A stretch of DNA of 64,000 bases from an uncultured Verrucomicrobiae bacterium (GTDB lineage Bacteria > Verrucomicrobiota > Verrucomicrobiia > Chthoniobacterales > JAATET01), in contig CAVVKW010000004.1 in the NCBI GenBank assembly GCA_963749035.1, positions 594,531-658,530 on the forward strand, given 5' to 3'. The notes beneath the pieces are model-generated. The model ran no database searches. It saw nothing but the letters and a program-made list of their open reading frames with translations, and had not been told where the DNA came from. The translations under genes were made by a program, and so were the position numbers. Positions 38,547 to 48,226 of the stretch are shown piece by piece. Within the stretch, counting starts at the first letter, position 1; every line of letters starts with the position of its first letter.

Positions 38547-38913
38547 TGTACGGGATAGTGGTCCGAAAATGTCATCGAACTAAAGTAGGCGATATTTACT
38601 TTGGTCCAAATTGCGAAGCCACTTTTCAAGAGTTAGCAAATCTAACGAGGAGGGTTCGACTCGGGAGGCATATATTTCACGAACGCGGAAGGGATGAGGG
38701 CTGGATGTGGCCGGAACGACCGGGGATCAAGCTACAAATCATTTTTCATCCGCCGGAGGCTGCTGACGAACATCAGTCGAAATCCGGTGGAGCCGATCTT
38801 GTCTTCGGCGTGGCCTCTCAAGTCGTCGCAGTTTGAACCAATGGTAGTTTGTCGGGTCTACCGTCACCTACAGAATCCCGGATTTACTCATCCGCCGGAG
38901 GCTGCATCATGAA
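38547..38913 (-). repeat. cassette family B, copy B5
   Basis: Family B unit with a divergent 5' half. Confidence 0.8.
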
Positions 38914-39039
38914 GTCGAACGTCAAGCTCAGCCACCCTGAACGGGCGGGCGAACTGAGGGTTGTGATCTGCTGGAGGCGGATCGTGGAGTAAAGCTGGGC
39001 ATGGAGCGGCTAAGGGTTGGCTGCAGCGCCTTGTTAGGC
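38914..39039 (-). repeat. attC site 32
   Basis: Boxes gtcgaac/gttaggc, 126 bp. Confidence 0.9.
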
Positions 39040-39590
39040 CCTTTTCGCTAATCCCATCGCGATCAACGCTTCTACTGATAAAATCGTTGGATGATAGATG
39101 AAATCGTCGGATACCTCGTCCTGAAACCACAAAATCTCCCCGGCATCTGACGGACGACCATCTGAATAAGAAATTACCGACTGGATCGTCGCGTCGACCA
39201 TCTCGCCGCTGCAGAAAGTGATCCAGCAATGCATTTCTACGTGGTCTGGGTCCGGATATCTTGATGAAATCCACCTGATAATATCCTCTCTTGAATGTTT
39301 GAAATACTCGTGGCCTTGATGCTCTACCCATCCGAGTGTGAGATAACACGGGGTGTCATGGAAGCAGTCAAAGAATACATTGTATAAAAATTCGTGGACC
39401 GAGAAACACTTTAGGAGAAACTGGTTTAAATCTTGCCCATGATACTTGGTTCGCAGTGATGAAGTGCCGCATCACAAAAGCTCGAAGACAGATATTTGCG
39501 TTTGCTATAGGAATCTGGTGGGAGTGGGGGGATGTTGATACCGAGTTTCGTGGTAAACTCATGGGCGGCGATCCATTCGCGAGATAACAT
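39034..39590 (-). pseudogene. cassette gene, apparent frameshift
   Basis: ATG at 39590 opens a 54-codon frame (MLSREWIAAHEF...). A second frame is open from ~39440 to the TAA at 39034 (...YHGQDLNQFLLKCFSVHEFLYNVFFDCFHD...MGLAKRA) but has no start of its own. Confidence 0.4.
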
Positions 39591-39599
39591 GGTGATTTG

Positions 39600-39725
39600 G
39601 CCTAACGTCAAGCTCAGCCACCCCGAACGGGCGTGCGAGTTATAGGCTGTGATCTACTGTAGGGAAATCGTGGATGAAAGTTGGTAGTGTCGCGGCTAGG
39701 GGTTGGCTGCAGCGCCTTGTTCGCT
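39600..39725 (-). repeat. attC site 33
   Basis: Boxes gcctaac/gttcgct, 126 bp. Confidence 0.9.
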
Positions 39726-40283
39726 GTCACTTTCGTCCGGGTGTTGCTTCGAAACTTTCTCCTCGTAGACATCTGAAGCGGATCGTGAAGCGACTTCAAT
39801 GTTGCTTAGGCGAATAACCCAGACGGAGTTGGGCCAGCTATCGAAAGACGAAAGTCCCTTTTCGGTTGGTTGTAAAACTGTGGGAAAGAATTCATCACTT
39901 CCTAGTCCGCGATGGGCGCAATCCACGGCGATAGTCTTTTGAATCTCAGTCGTCCTCGAGAGCATGGTCATCGATTCATCTTGTGTCATGTTGAATGTAA
40001 TCGTTCTCTTCGGATCTGTTACTTTAGCGACGACTTTCGGTTGGACAAGCTCTCCATCGACATCTTGAAACTCTAAGTGAATGGTATCGCCTGGGAATAT
40101 CTCTAAGATTCCGGCATCATTCAGTCGTTCGATCTCTGGAATCTCGATCGTCCGTTGAAATTTGAGAGTAGTCTCACCTGAAGGGCGAATATTCGCATTG
40201 GTCGTTGATGCATTCTGCTTTCCCTGAGCAAAGATTTGCGGAGCCAGAAGTCCAATAAGGACGAGCGATGTGTGTATCTTCAT
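39696..40283 (-). CDS. cassette ORF, secreted 195-aa protein
   Basis: Signal peptide MKIHTSLVLIGLLAPQIFAQG. Tail SEQGAAANP. Confidence 0.72.
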   Translation of the reverse strand: MKIHTSLVLIGLLAPQIFAQGKQNASTTNANIRPSGETTLKFQRTIEIPEIERLNDAGILEIFPGDTIHLEFQDVDGELVQPKVVAKVTDPKRTITFNMTQDESMTMLSRTTEIQKTIAVDCAHRGLGSDEFFPTVLQPTEKGLSSFDSWPNSVWVIRLSNIEVASRSASDVYEEKVSKQHPDESDSEQGAAANP

Positions 40284-40293
40284 GAGTGAAGTC

Positions 40294-40419
40294 AGCGAAC
40301 GTCAAGCTCAGCCACCCCGAACGGGCGTGCGAGCATCTGTTTGTGATCTACTGAAAGAATCGCTTTCGAGCATCTAAGACGGAACGCGGCTAGGGGTTGG
40401 CTGCAGCGTCTTGATGGAC
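40294..40419 (-). repeat. attC site 34
   Basis: Boxes agcgaac/gatggac, 126 bp. Confidence 0.85.
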
Positions 40420-40736
40420 AGAATTTTATTGAACCGCAGCCTGGCAATTGAGCTATCAAACCTTCGAACGATGCGCTCATCGAGTGACACGACAACACAC
40501 GCGAACGGATTGATGGTCTTTTGCAGGTTTGCCCGTGGCATACAGGTTGCCGTCGTGGCGGTCGATGAGCTCTCTAGCAACGGAAGTGTGAATATCTCGG
40601 TGTAGGTAAAGGTGAAGGTGGAGGGACGTTGATCCAAAGGAAGTGAATATCAATATGGCTGCTGAACGCCTTGCAGACAATTACGCACCCATTTTGCTTT
40701 CTGGCGTTCGCATACGAAGAATCCGCATTTCATTCT
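40420..40736 (-). repeat. cassette family A, copy A5
   Basis: Family A unit. Confidence 0.85.
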
Positions 40737-40862
40737 GTCCATCGTCAAGCTCAGCCACCCCGAACGGGCGATCGAGCTACTGGTCGTGATTTACTGGAGG
40801 TAAGGCGTGGATAAAAGCAATCTGTGGAGCGGCTAGGGGCTGGCTGCAGCGCCTTGTTCGGT
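40737..40862 (-). repeat. attC site 35
   Basis: Boxes gtccatc/gttcggt, 126 bp. Confidence 0.85.
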
Positions 40863-41501
40863 CTGTATAAATGGCTTCTCAAGCGAGTTGTTGTCGATAA
40901 CGAGAGATGCGTGATCGCGCGGTTGACACTCTGAGAAATAGATCTGTTGGCCTTCGATATAACGATTGTTCGAAGGAGCGAATATTGAGGGAGAGCCTTC
41001 GCCACGCGTTGCACCTCTCGGAATGGAATTCTCGAAGGCAACGTTCAGGAAAATAGAGAAATCCCAGAAATCGCGTAGTTCAGGTCTGTGCAGGAATATA
41101 CCATCGAACAGCAAGATAGAATCATTCGCAGCAGTCTGCCATGGCGGACTGACTGGCATATCCAATCGATGATCAAAAGCAGCTGTACGAAATCGTAAAT
41201 CTCCTCCCGGACTCAAAGGTCTCAAAAGAACCGAAATCAAGAGTGAATAGTTATACGAATCTCGAAAAAAACCTTCAGGTGACGATTGGCCGCGTGTGTA
41301 TCGAATAGATCTGGAATTGTGAAATCCGTCAACTGAGGCCTGAATAATAGATTTTCCGGTCTTCCGTAGTTGTATTGCCAGTTCGTTTGCAAGATAAGTC
41401 TTGCCCGACCCATCGACGCCGTCGATGGCGACACGCATGACGCCGCTTTTGCGTTCGCGAAGGATCTTGCTTGCGATCTCGGCGAGAAGTCTTGCGCGCA
41501 T
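40833..41501 (-). CDS. P-loop nucleoside/nucleotide kinase-like protein (uridine kinase family-like)
   Basis: Walker A in VAIDGVDGSGKTYLANEL. LLFDGIFLHRPEL. Tail TEQGAAASP. Confidence 0.7.
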   Translation of the reverse strand: MRARLLAEIASKILRERKSGVMRVAIDGVDGSGKTYLANELAIQLRKTGKSIIQASVDGFHNSRSIRYTRGQSSPEGFFRDSYNYSLLISVLLRPLSPGGDLRFRTAAFDHRLDMPVSPPWQTAANDSILLFDGIFLHRPELRDFWDFSIFLNVAFENSIPRGATRGEGSPSIFAPSNNRYIEGQQIYFSECQPRDHASLVIDNNSLEKPFIQTEQGAAASP

Positions 41502-41511
41502 TATTTCATGG

Positions 41512-41637
41512 ACCGAACGTCAAGCTCAGCCACCCCGAACAGGCATGCGAGTTATGGGCTGTGATCTACTGTAGGGAAATCGTGGATGAAAGTTGGTAGT
41601 GTCGCGGCTAGGGGTTGGCTGCAGCGCCTTGTTAGAC
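41512..41637 (-). repeat. attC site 36
   Basis: Boxes accgaac/gttagac, 126 bp. Confidence 0.9.
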
Positions 41638-41957
41638 TGGTCAGGATAAAATGGTGAGCTGCGGAGAAGATGATCGAATAACTGCGGACTAGCTCATCGT
41701 GTGCCACAACAATGTACGCAGTCAAGAAACTGATCTCTTTCAGGATAACCCGGTCGTATACAAGTGACAGTTGTGGCACTCGATGAGCCTCCTATAGCAG
41801 GCGGAACGTTGAATGCGTGATAGGCTCCCGTGCCGAAGGCTTCCACGGGTGCTACATGATGGAAAGTTATTCTCTTATGCTCGTTCTTTGATCGCCCGAT
41901 CAATTCTTCGCAATCGAATGTCTGTTGGAAACGGAAGTTGCAACGCAGTATCAGGAA
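41638..41957 (-). repeat. cassette family C, copy C3
   Basis: Family C unit. Confidence 0.8.
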
Positions 41958-42083
41958 GTCTAACGTCAAGCTCAGTCACCCCAATCGGGTGTCCGAACGG
42001 CTAGTAGTGATCATCTGCAATCTGGTCGTGCGCCAACCCCGAGAGCGAAGCGGCTAGGGGTTGACTGCAGCGCCTTGTTCGGT
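41958..42083 (-). repeat. attC site 37
   Basis: Boxes gtctaac/gttcggt, 126 bp. Confidence 0.9.
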
Positions 42084-42404
42084 CTGCAAGTGAAGATGTT
42101 GAACGATAGCGAAACAAGAAAGAAAAACGCCAATAAGTAAGAAAACAATCGATGCGAATTTGAAAAACCTCGCGTGGATGAGTTTAGGTCTTGAATCACA
42201 TTGTCCCCATATTGCATTTCCAAAGTGCAGAGCAATAGCCGCGAAACTAATGGCGGTTCCTAGCAGGAACTGAAAAATTAATGGTTCTGATATCCAGATT
42301 CCCGTTCCACGGCGAACTATGACAATTAATCCGACGATAATTCCGCAAATACCGCCGCTGATAAAATGTAGAACTCTATGGCTCCACCAAGTCTGATGCC
42401 TCAT
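42054..42404 (-). CDS. cassette ORF, 116-aa integral membrane protein
   Basis: 4 TM segments. Tail TEQGAAVNP. Confidence 0.7.
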   Translation of the reverse strand: MRHQTWWSHRVLHFISGGICGIIVGLIVIVRRGTGIWISEPLIFQFLLGTAISFAAIALHFGNAIWGQCDSRPKLIHARFFKFASIVFLLIGVFLSCFAIVQHLHLQTEQGAAVNP

Positions 42405-42414
42405 GTAATATATG

Positions 42415-42540
42415 ACCGAACGTCAAGCTCAGCCACCCTGAACGGGCGAACGAAGAGCGGAACGCAGTTCCGCCAAGTAGCGTTTGCGAGTTGGATGTGT
42501 CAGCACGCGGCTAGGGGTTGGCTGCAGCGCCTTGTTCGGC
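42415..42540 (-). repeat. attC site 38
   Basis: Boxes accgaac/gttcggc, 126 bp. Confidence 0.9.
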
Positions 42541-43029
42541 CGGATCTCTGACTGGTTGTAGGTAGATGTAACGATAAGTTCCGTCGGAATCGAGTCCTAC
42601 GGCGTCGATTGATTGCGCGCTCTGATCAGAGTCAATTGTTGTTCGGGTTATCACGGTGGCACCTATGGGCTTCAATCGGGGCAAGTATGGCTGTCCGTCG
42701 ATAATGGTGGGCGCATCGTACATGTCCTTAAGGAGTTGGGGATAATGTTGGTTGATCTGTTCTATTTCTGAAATCGGATGAAATGAAACATCAGTGACCT
42801 GCCATCCCGCATTCAAGGAATCAAAAAACATCGCCCAAGAGGAAAATGTATCCTTGAACCCGCGCGACCGTCGGGCCTCGTCGCCATAGAGGCCGATGAT
42901 CGAATCAATGCTCCGTGTGCTGATGGCGTTTTGCAATCTGTCCATGAATTGCTTTTCTGAATCGATAGGCGTGCACGAATTCAAGCCCACAGTGGAGGCT
43001 ATAAACAGAATTACTCTGATAGAAGCCAT
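42511..43029 (-). CDS. cassette ORF, putative lipoprotein
   Basis: ATG at 43029 gives MASIRVILFIASTVGLNSC (lipobox). Tail AEQGAAANP. CATCCGCCGGAGGCTG lies upstream (43062-43077). Confidence 0.68.
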   Translation of the reverse strand: MASIRVILFIASTVGLNSCTPIDSEKQFMDRLQNAISTRSIDSIIGLYGDEARRSRGFKDTFSSWAMFFDSLNAGWQVTDVSFHPISEIEQINQHYPQLLKDMYDAPTIIDGQPYLPRLKPIGATVITRTTIDSDQSAQSIDAVGLDSDGTYRYIYLQPVRDPAEQGAAANP

Positions 43030-43078
43030 AAACTCAATGTTGGGTGTGGGCAATCTGGATTCATCCGCCGGAGGCTGG

Positions 43079-43204
43079 GCCGAACGTCAAGCTCAGTCAC
43101 CCCGAACGGATGTTCGAACTACTGGTTGTGATCACCTGCAATCTGGTAGTCCGCCAACCCCGAGAGCGAAGCGGCTAGGGGTTGACTGCAGTGCCTTGTT
43201 AGCT
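43079..43204 (-). repeat. attC site 39
   Basis: Boxes gccgaac/gttagct, 126 bp. Confidence 0.9.
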
Positions 43205-43209
43205 CTGTA

Positions 43210-43533
43210 TTATGTTTTCAAATCTAGGGCGAATCGCAGTGCAGATTTCACTGCATCCATTCTATCGGAAGGTAGAGTTCCGAGTCGCCTGCCGAGTTCA
43301 TGGTGCTGCACCGCTTGCAAGCCTTGGACGTTCACGAAGCTGAATTTATCTAGGAAGCGCTGTTTGCCAATCTCGACCTCGTAGTCGCTTGAGCGGCTGG
43401 TCGTCGTGATTGGTGCGCAGATAGATAAGGCGCGGGGGGCGTCGGGATCCTTTCGGGAAACGATCAACATCGGACGTGCCTTTGACGTGATACCAAGATC
43501 AACAAGGTAGATTTCCCTTGGGCTAGTCGTCAT
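43210..43533 (-). CDS. mazF: MazF/PemK-family toxin
   Basis: REIYLVDLG...ARPMLIVSR...ICAPITTT...VNVQGLQAV...LG pattern, 107 aa. Confidence 0.7.
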   Translation of the reverse strand: MTTSPREIYLVDLGITSKARPMLIVSRKDPDAPRALSICAPITTTSRSSDYEVEIGKQRFLDKFSFVNVQGLQAVQHHELGRRLGTLPSDRMDAVKSALRFALDLKT

Positions 43534-43759
43534 AAACGGAATCCAAGGCAGATTTACGGACAGCGACCGGTAGAAGAATATCTGAATTGTCCTCTTTTAC
43601 GCGCAGATCAAACGGTAGTCCTCTGTGTATCTTAATCTGATGGAGAAAAATCCGAATTGCTTCTGTTGTGGTGATCCCCAATTCGTTCAGAATCGCTTCT
43701 GAATCTTGCTTGAGGCGATCGTCCACGCGAGCGCGAACGTATGATTCCTTAAGTGCCAT
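43523..43759 (-). CDS. RelB/DinJ-family antitoxin
   Basis: ATG at 43759 (MALKESYVRARVDDRLKQDSEAILNELGITTTEAIRIFLHQI...). Overlaps the toxin start. Confidence 0.68.
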   Translation of the reverse strand: MALKESYVRARVDDRLKQDSEAILNELGITTTEAIRIFLHQIKIHRGLPFDLRVKEDNSDILLPVAVRKSALDSVYDD

Positions 43760-43806
43760 GTCCGAACGTAGTCTGGATGTGCCACGCGAGTCAAGCTGAT
43801 TGAAAT

Positions 43807-43932
43807 GAGCTAACGTCAAGCTCAGCCACCCCGATCGAGTGTCCGAACTACTGGTTGTAATCCGCTGGAGGTGACGCTTTCGAACATCTGAAACAGAAAG
43901 CGGCTAGGGGTTGGCTGCAGCGCCTTGTTCGG
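43807..43932 (-). repeat. attC site 40
   Basis: Boxes agctaac/gttcggt, 126 bp. Confidence 0.9.
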
Positions 43933-44170
43933 TCTGCATCTGCTTTTTCGCAAGATATAGTCGCTCTGCAATCCAAACCTTGATTAATGATTGGCGAGGA
44001 ACACCAATACGATTGGCCTCAAAATCAAGTTTGTTGATCATCCATGCGGGAAAATCGACATTGACTCGCTTGCCTTCGTGACCAGGACGGACAGCTTTCG
44101 ACAAATCCAAGTATGGAAGGATGTCTTCGTCGCCGTCGTCAAAAATTTTATCTAATTCTTCCGCTGTCAT
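43904..44170 (-). CDS. brnA: BrnA-family antitoxin
   Basis: KRVNVDFPAWMINKLDFEANRIGVPRQSLIKVWIAERL. Tail TEQGAAANP. Confidence 0.68.
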   Translation of the reverse strand: MTAEELDKIFDDGDEDILPYLDLSKAVRPGHEGKRVNVDFPAWMINKLDFEANRIGVPRQSLIKVWIAERLYLAKKQMQTEQGAAANP

Positions 44171-44420
44171 ATGCTTGTTCTTCTTTAGGTCTTGCTCTTC
44201 TGACTGAAATCAATCGGGTTGCCTGTTGGCGCATTGTGAAGAATGCGATCCAGATCTTGTTCTCATGGCGGGCCAATAATCCGAATCGTGGTTCTGTGTC
44301 ACTCGTTGCAGGAATCTGAACACGATTTTCATCGTTCCAGAGCAGCTGTGCCTGCTCAAAGTCGATCCCATGCTTCTGGTGATTCAAGATACTTTTTGCT
44401 GGATCATACTCAAATTCCAT
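44148..44420 (-). CDS. brnT: BrnT-family (DUF497) toxin
   Basis: MEFEYDPAKSILNHQKHGIDFEQAQ...EPRFGLLA...LISVRRARPKEEQAY. Confidence 0.72.
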   Translation of the reverse strand: MEFEYDPAKSILNHQKHGIDFEQAQLLWNDENRVQIPATSDTEPRFGLLARHENKIWIAFFTMRQQATRLISVRRARPKEEQAYDSGRIR

Positions 44421-44474
44421 CCGGCATGAAAAATATACCGGAAAGCTTGTTGATCAAGAGCATTTTTTCACGAG

Positions 44475-44600
44475 GCCGAACGTCAAGCTCAGTCACCCCG
44501 AACGGGGGTTCGAACTACTGGTTGTGATCTGCTGGAGGTGACGCTTTCGAGCGTCTGAAACGGAGTGCGGCTAGGGGTTGGCTGCAGCGCCTTGTTAGGC
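44475..44600 (-). repeat. attC site 41
   Basis: Boxes gccgaac/gttaggc, 126 bp. Confidence 0.9.
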
Positions 44601-45059
44601 TGCATTTGATATGATTTCAATATCGACTTTCGCATACCGAGCGAATGGGTCTTCGCCATCCCAATCATCTGGCATTCGGAATCGCAACTCACCTGTGTTT
44701 AATCTTGCATGTTCCGCTTTCGTGACGACAACCACTCTGAATAGGCGATCAAGCAGATCAATTACACGTCCGCGCTCAATTGGTCGTTGCATATCCATAA
44801 GCCGATTCACAATTTCCATGTTGGGGACGGCATGCTCAACGATCCATTGAGATCTATCTGAATTGTGAGCGTCCTTGGAATGTGGGATACGGTCTCTATG
44901 AATTTGTCTGTGCTGCTTGAGTATCTTGTTTTGCCAATACTGATGCAAGGCGATCTTCAAATTTCTACAGCATTCATTCCGGGTGAAGCCAAAATCTTGC
45001 GCTCCGCGGGCCTGAATGGTCGCGAAAATTATAAAGTCGGCCGCTGTCTCTCTTGTCAT
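44595..45059 (-). CDS. cassette ORF, 154-aa hypothetical protein
   Basis: ATG at 45059 (MTRETAADF...). The stop TAA is formed by the R box GCCTAAC. Confidence 0.62.
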   Translation of the reverse strand: MTRETAADFIIFATIQARGAQDFGFTRNECCRNLKIALHQYWQNKILKQHRQIHRDRIPHSKDAHNSDRSQWIVEHAVPNMEIVNRLMDMQRPIERGRVIDLLDRLFRVVVVTKAEHARLNTGELRFRMPDDWDGEDPFARYAKVDIEIISNAA

Positions 45060-45068
45060 AATGGAATA

Positions 45069-45194
45069 GCCTAACGTCAAGCTCAGCCACCCCGAACGGG
45101 TGACCGAGCAATGGGTTGTGATCTCCTGAAGGGAAATCGTGGAGGAAAGCTGACAGCGGAGCGGCTAGGGGTTGGCTGCAGCGCCTTGTTAGGT
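45069..45194 (-). repeat. attC site 42
   Basis: Boxes gcctaac/gttaggt, 126 bp. Confidence 0.9.
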
Positions 45195-45782
45195 CTTCAC
45201 CCCGATAAAGACTACGTGTCCTTCTGGAAATTGATCATGCTCGACGTGGAAACATGACACTCCTTCAGAATCCATTGCTTTCACGAATCCATTTACACCC
45301 AGAGTGCTGTAACCAAATTCCAGGCCGTGAAATGTTCCGGTGATTTCGACCGCAGGTCCAGAACCGCCAGTGAATAGCAGAACACCGTGCGAATTCAGCA
45401 TTCTACAGATGCTGCTCAATACGGGAACCTGCGAATCGAGAGGTAGATGAAACGTGCTGTCCCATGCAGTAATCAAATCGTAAGTCCGGACGGACTTCCA
45501 AGTGCATATGTCTTCGTTATAAAACACTGTTTCGGGACTCCGCTGACGGGCAAGATCGATCATCGTCGATGAAATATCTATGCCTTCGGTTTGGAATCCG
45601 TGGGCTCTCATTGTCTCAATGTAACGACCATGACTACCGCAACCTACGTCAAGAGCTAAAATCTTGGACTTGCAGAATCCGATCGCTCGTTCAAGTGCAG
45701 CGATGCCGTAACTGTCGTGAGTATCAGTCTGCCATCTTTGTGCGATTACATCGTAATTATCGCGGATCTGAGCGGGATTCAT
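45189..45782 (-). CDS. class I SAM-dependent methyltransferase
   Basis: ATG at 45782 (MNPAQIRDNY...). Motif I ILALDVGCGSHG. LLFTGG. Confidence 0.75.
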   Translation of the reverse strand: MNPAQIRDNYDVIAQRWQTDTHDSYGIAALERAIGFCKSKILALDVGCGSHGRYIETMRAHGFQTEGIDISSTMIDLARQRSPETVFYNEDICTWKSVRTYDLITAWDSTFHLPLDSQVPVLSSICRMLNSHGVLLFTGGSGPAVEITGTFHGLEFGYSTLGVNGFVKAMDSEGVSCFHVEHDQFPEGHVVFIGVKT

Positions 45783-45791
45783 TGTATAAAG

Positions 45792-45917
45792 ACCGAACGT
45801 CAAGCTCAGCCACCCCGAACGGGCTTCCGAGCTACGGGTTGTGATCTACTGGAAGAAGTGCTTCCGAGCATCTGAGACGGAACGCGGCTAGGGGTTGGCT
45901 GCAGCGTCTTGATGGAC
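45792..45917 (-). repeat. attC site 43
   Basis: Boxes accgaac/gatggac, 126 bp. Confidence 0.85.
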
Positions 45918-46234
45918 AGAATTTGATTGAACCGCCGCCTGGCAATCGAGCTATCAAACCTTCGAACGATGCGCTCATCGAGTGACACGACAACACACGC
46001 GAACGGATTGATGGTCTTTTGCAGGTTTGCCCGTGGCATACAGGTTGCCGTCGTGGCGGTCGATGAGCTCTCCAACAACGGAAGTGTGAATGTCTCGGTG
46101 GAGGTAAAGATGAAAATGAAGGTAAGCTGATCCAAAAGAGGTAAATATCAATATGACTGCTGAACGCTTTGCAGACGATTACGCACCCATTTTGCTTTCT
46201 GGCGTTTGCATACGAAGACTCCGCACTTCCTTCT
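45918..46234 (-). repeat. cassette family A, copy A6
   Basis: Duplicate of A3. Confidence 0.85.
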
Positions 46235-46360
46235 GTCCATCGTCAAGCTCAGCCACCCCGAACGGGCGTGCGAGCTATGGATTGTGATCTGATGAAGGTG
46301 ACGCTTCCGGACGTCTGAGACGGAGCGCGGCTAGGGGTTGGCTGCAGCGCCTTGTTCGAC
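46235..46360 (-). repeat. attC site 44
   Basis: Boxes gtccatc/gttcgac, 126 bp. Confidence 0.85.
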
Positions 46361-46724
46361 TGTATGGGATGGTCGCCCGGGAAAGTCATCGAGCTATTGG
46401 GGGCGTCGTATACCTTGGTTCTAATCGCGAAGGCACTTTAATGATTGGACGAATTCAAAGAGAAGGGTTCGACTTGGCAGGCATATATTTACGACCGCGG
46501 AAGTGATGAAGGCTGCATGTGGCCGGAACGAGCGGGGATCAAGCTACGAATTTTTTTCATCCGCCGGAGGCTGCTGACGGACATCGGTCGAAATCCGGTG
46601 GAGCCGATCTTGTCTTCGGCGCGGCCTCTCAAGTCGTCGCAGTCTGAACCAATGGTGGTTTGCCGGGTTTGCCGTCACCTACAGGAGCCCGGATTTAATC
46701 ATCCGCCGGAGGCTGCATCATGAA
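46361..46724 (-). repeat. cassette family B, copy B6
   Basis: Family B unit, close to B8. Confidence 0.8.
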
Positions 46725-46849
46725 GTCGAACGTCAAGCTCAGCCACCCTGCACGGGCGACCGAGAATCTGGAAAAGGTGAACTGCCGGAAAGAGTCACCT
46801 CAACCCGGGCGCGAAGCGGCTAAGGGTTGGCTGCAGCGCCTTGTTCGGC
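46725..46849 (-). repeat. attC site 45
   Basis: Boxes gtcgaac/gttcggc, 125 bp. Confidence 0.9.
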
Positions 46850-47134
46850 TGCATTCTTAGTATTTTTCAAGGTCCGTTCAATCCGTGGATTGATTACAAA
46901 TCCCCAATAAAGAAATACTGACATAATTATTAACGGAAGCTCCAAAAGCCAAAAATAGTTCAAAGACAGCAGATCAAGAATCGATGGTATTCCAAATGCA
47001 AAGATTAAAAGTGGCAATCGAAGCCACATAATGAATGGCTCTCTTATCTCAAGATTTCTCATAATGGAGCGGATCTCTGACGGCGATTTGTCAGATAATT
47101 CTTTTATCTGGCTATGACGCAAAATGAATTTCAT
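46820..47134 (-). CDS. cassette ORF, 104-aa membrane protein (copy 3 of 3)
   Basis: Protein identical to the 28281..28595 copy. Confidence 0.7.
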   Translation of the reverse strand: MKFILRHSQIKELSDKSPSEIRSIMRNLEIREPFIMWLRLPLLIFAFGIPSILDLLSLNYFWLLELPLIIMSVFLYWGFVINPRIERTLKNTKNAAEQGAAANP

Positions 47135-47141
47135 TGTAATA

Positions 47142-47267
47142 GCCGAACGTCAAGCTCAGCCACCCTGAACGGGCGTGCGAAATGCGGAACGCAGTTCCGC
47201 CAGGTAGCGGCTACGAGTTGGGTGTGTCAGCACGCGGCTAAGGGTTGGCTGCAGCGCCTTGTTCGGT
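47142..47267 (-). repeat. attC site 46
   Basis: Boxes gccgaac/gttcggt, 126 bp. Confidence 0.9.
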
Positions 47268-47273
47268 GGTATT

Positions 47274-47654
47274 TTATCTGCACATCCAAATACGGTCTAT
47301 TTTCCATGCATTCTTGTCCCGAATGAAATCAATATGAATGTGCCCAAGTTCCTGTCCATGTCCGCCAAGTTTGAATTGGCTCTTCTCTATAGGGAAATCA
47401 CGATTCGCATACCGCTCGGCAAGTCTGATTGCTCCATGAGAAGTATCGAGTGCCTCAATGTAGTTGATACGAATTGTCGTTGCATCAAGTGGTGAAGCAA
47501 AAGAGTCGGCGATTGCTGTGAAATCTTTCAATTCAAGTTTCTGGTCAAGCCAACGAAGCGCTTCTGGTAGAGATGTGAACTCAGGAGTATCTTGTGCGCT
47601 CGCGGAACAAGAGACGTGGATAGCGCAGAGAATAGTGAAGAGAAGAGATCTCAT
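47274..47654 (-). CDS. cassette ORF, secreted protein
   Basis: ATG at 47654 gives MRSLLFTILCAIHVSCSASAQD (signal peptide). Own stop. Confidence 0.68.
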   Translation of the reverse strand: MRSLLFTILCAIHVSCSASAQDTPEFTSLPEALRWLDQKLELKDFTAIADSFASPLDATTIRINYIEALDTSHGAIRLAERYANRDFPIEKSQFKLGGHGQELGHIHIDFIRDKNAWKIDRIWMCR

Positions 47655-47664
47655 AAATTTATTC

Positions 47665-47790
47665 ACCGAACGTCAAGCTCAGCCACCCCGATCGGGCGTT
47701 CGAGCTACGGGTTGTGAACTGCTGAAAGAATCGCTTTCGAGCATCTGAGACGGAACGCGGCTAGGGGTTGGCTGCAGCGTCTTGATGGAC
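47665..47790 (-). repeat. attC site 47
   Basis: Boxes accgaac/gatggac, 126 bp. Confidence 0.85.
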
Positions 47791-48101
47791 AGAATTTCAT
47801 CGAGTCGCCGCCTGGCAATCGAGGTATCAAACCTTCGAACGATGCGCTCATCGAGTGACACGACAACACACGCGAACGGATTGATGGTCTTTTGCAGGGT
47901 TGCCCGTGGCATACAGGTTGCCGTCGTGGCGGTCGATGAGCTCTCCAGCAACGGAAGTGTGAATATCTCGGTGTAGGTAAACGTGAAGGGAAGCTGATCC
48001 AAAGGAGGTGAATATCAATATGACTGCTGAACGCCTTGCAGACGATTACGCACCCATTTTGCTTTCTGGCGTTCGCATACGAAGACTCCGCATTTCATTC
48101 T
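47791..48101 (-). repeat. cassette family A, copy A7
   Basis: Family A unit. Confidence 0.85.
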
Positions 48102-48226
48102 GTCCATCGTCAAGCTCAGTCACCCCGATCAGGTGCAGAGGAAAGTGGAGTGATCAACCGCAATCTGGTCGTCCGCCAACCCCGAGAGCGAAGCGGCTAG
48201 GGGTTGACTGCAGCGCCTTGTTCGAC
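48102..48226 (-). repeat. attC site 48
   Basis: Boxes gtccatc/gttcgac, 125 bp. Confidence 0.85.
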
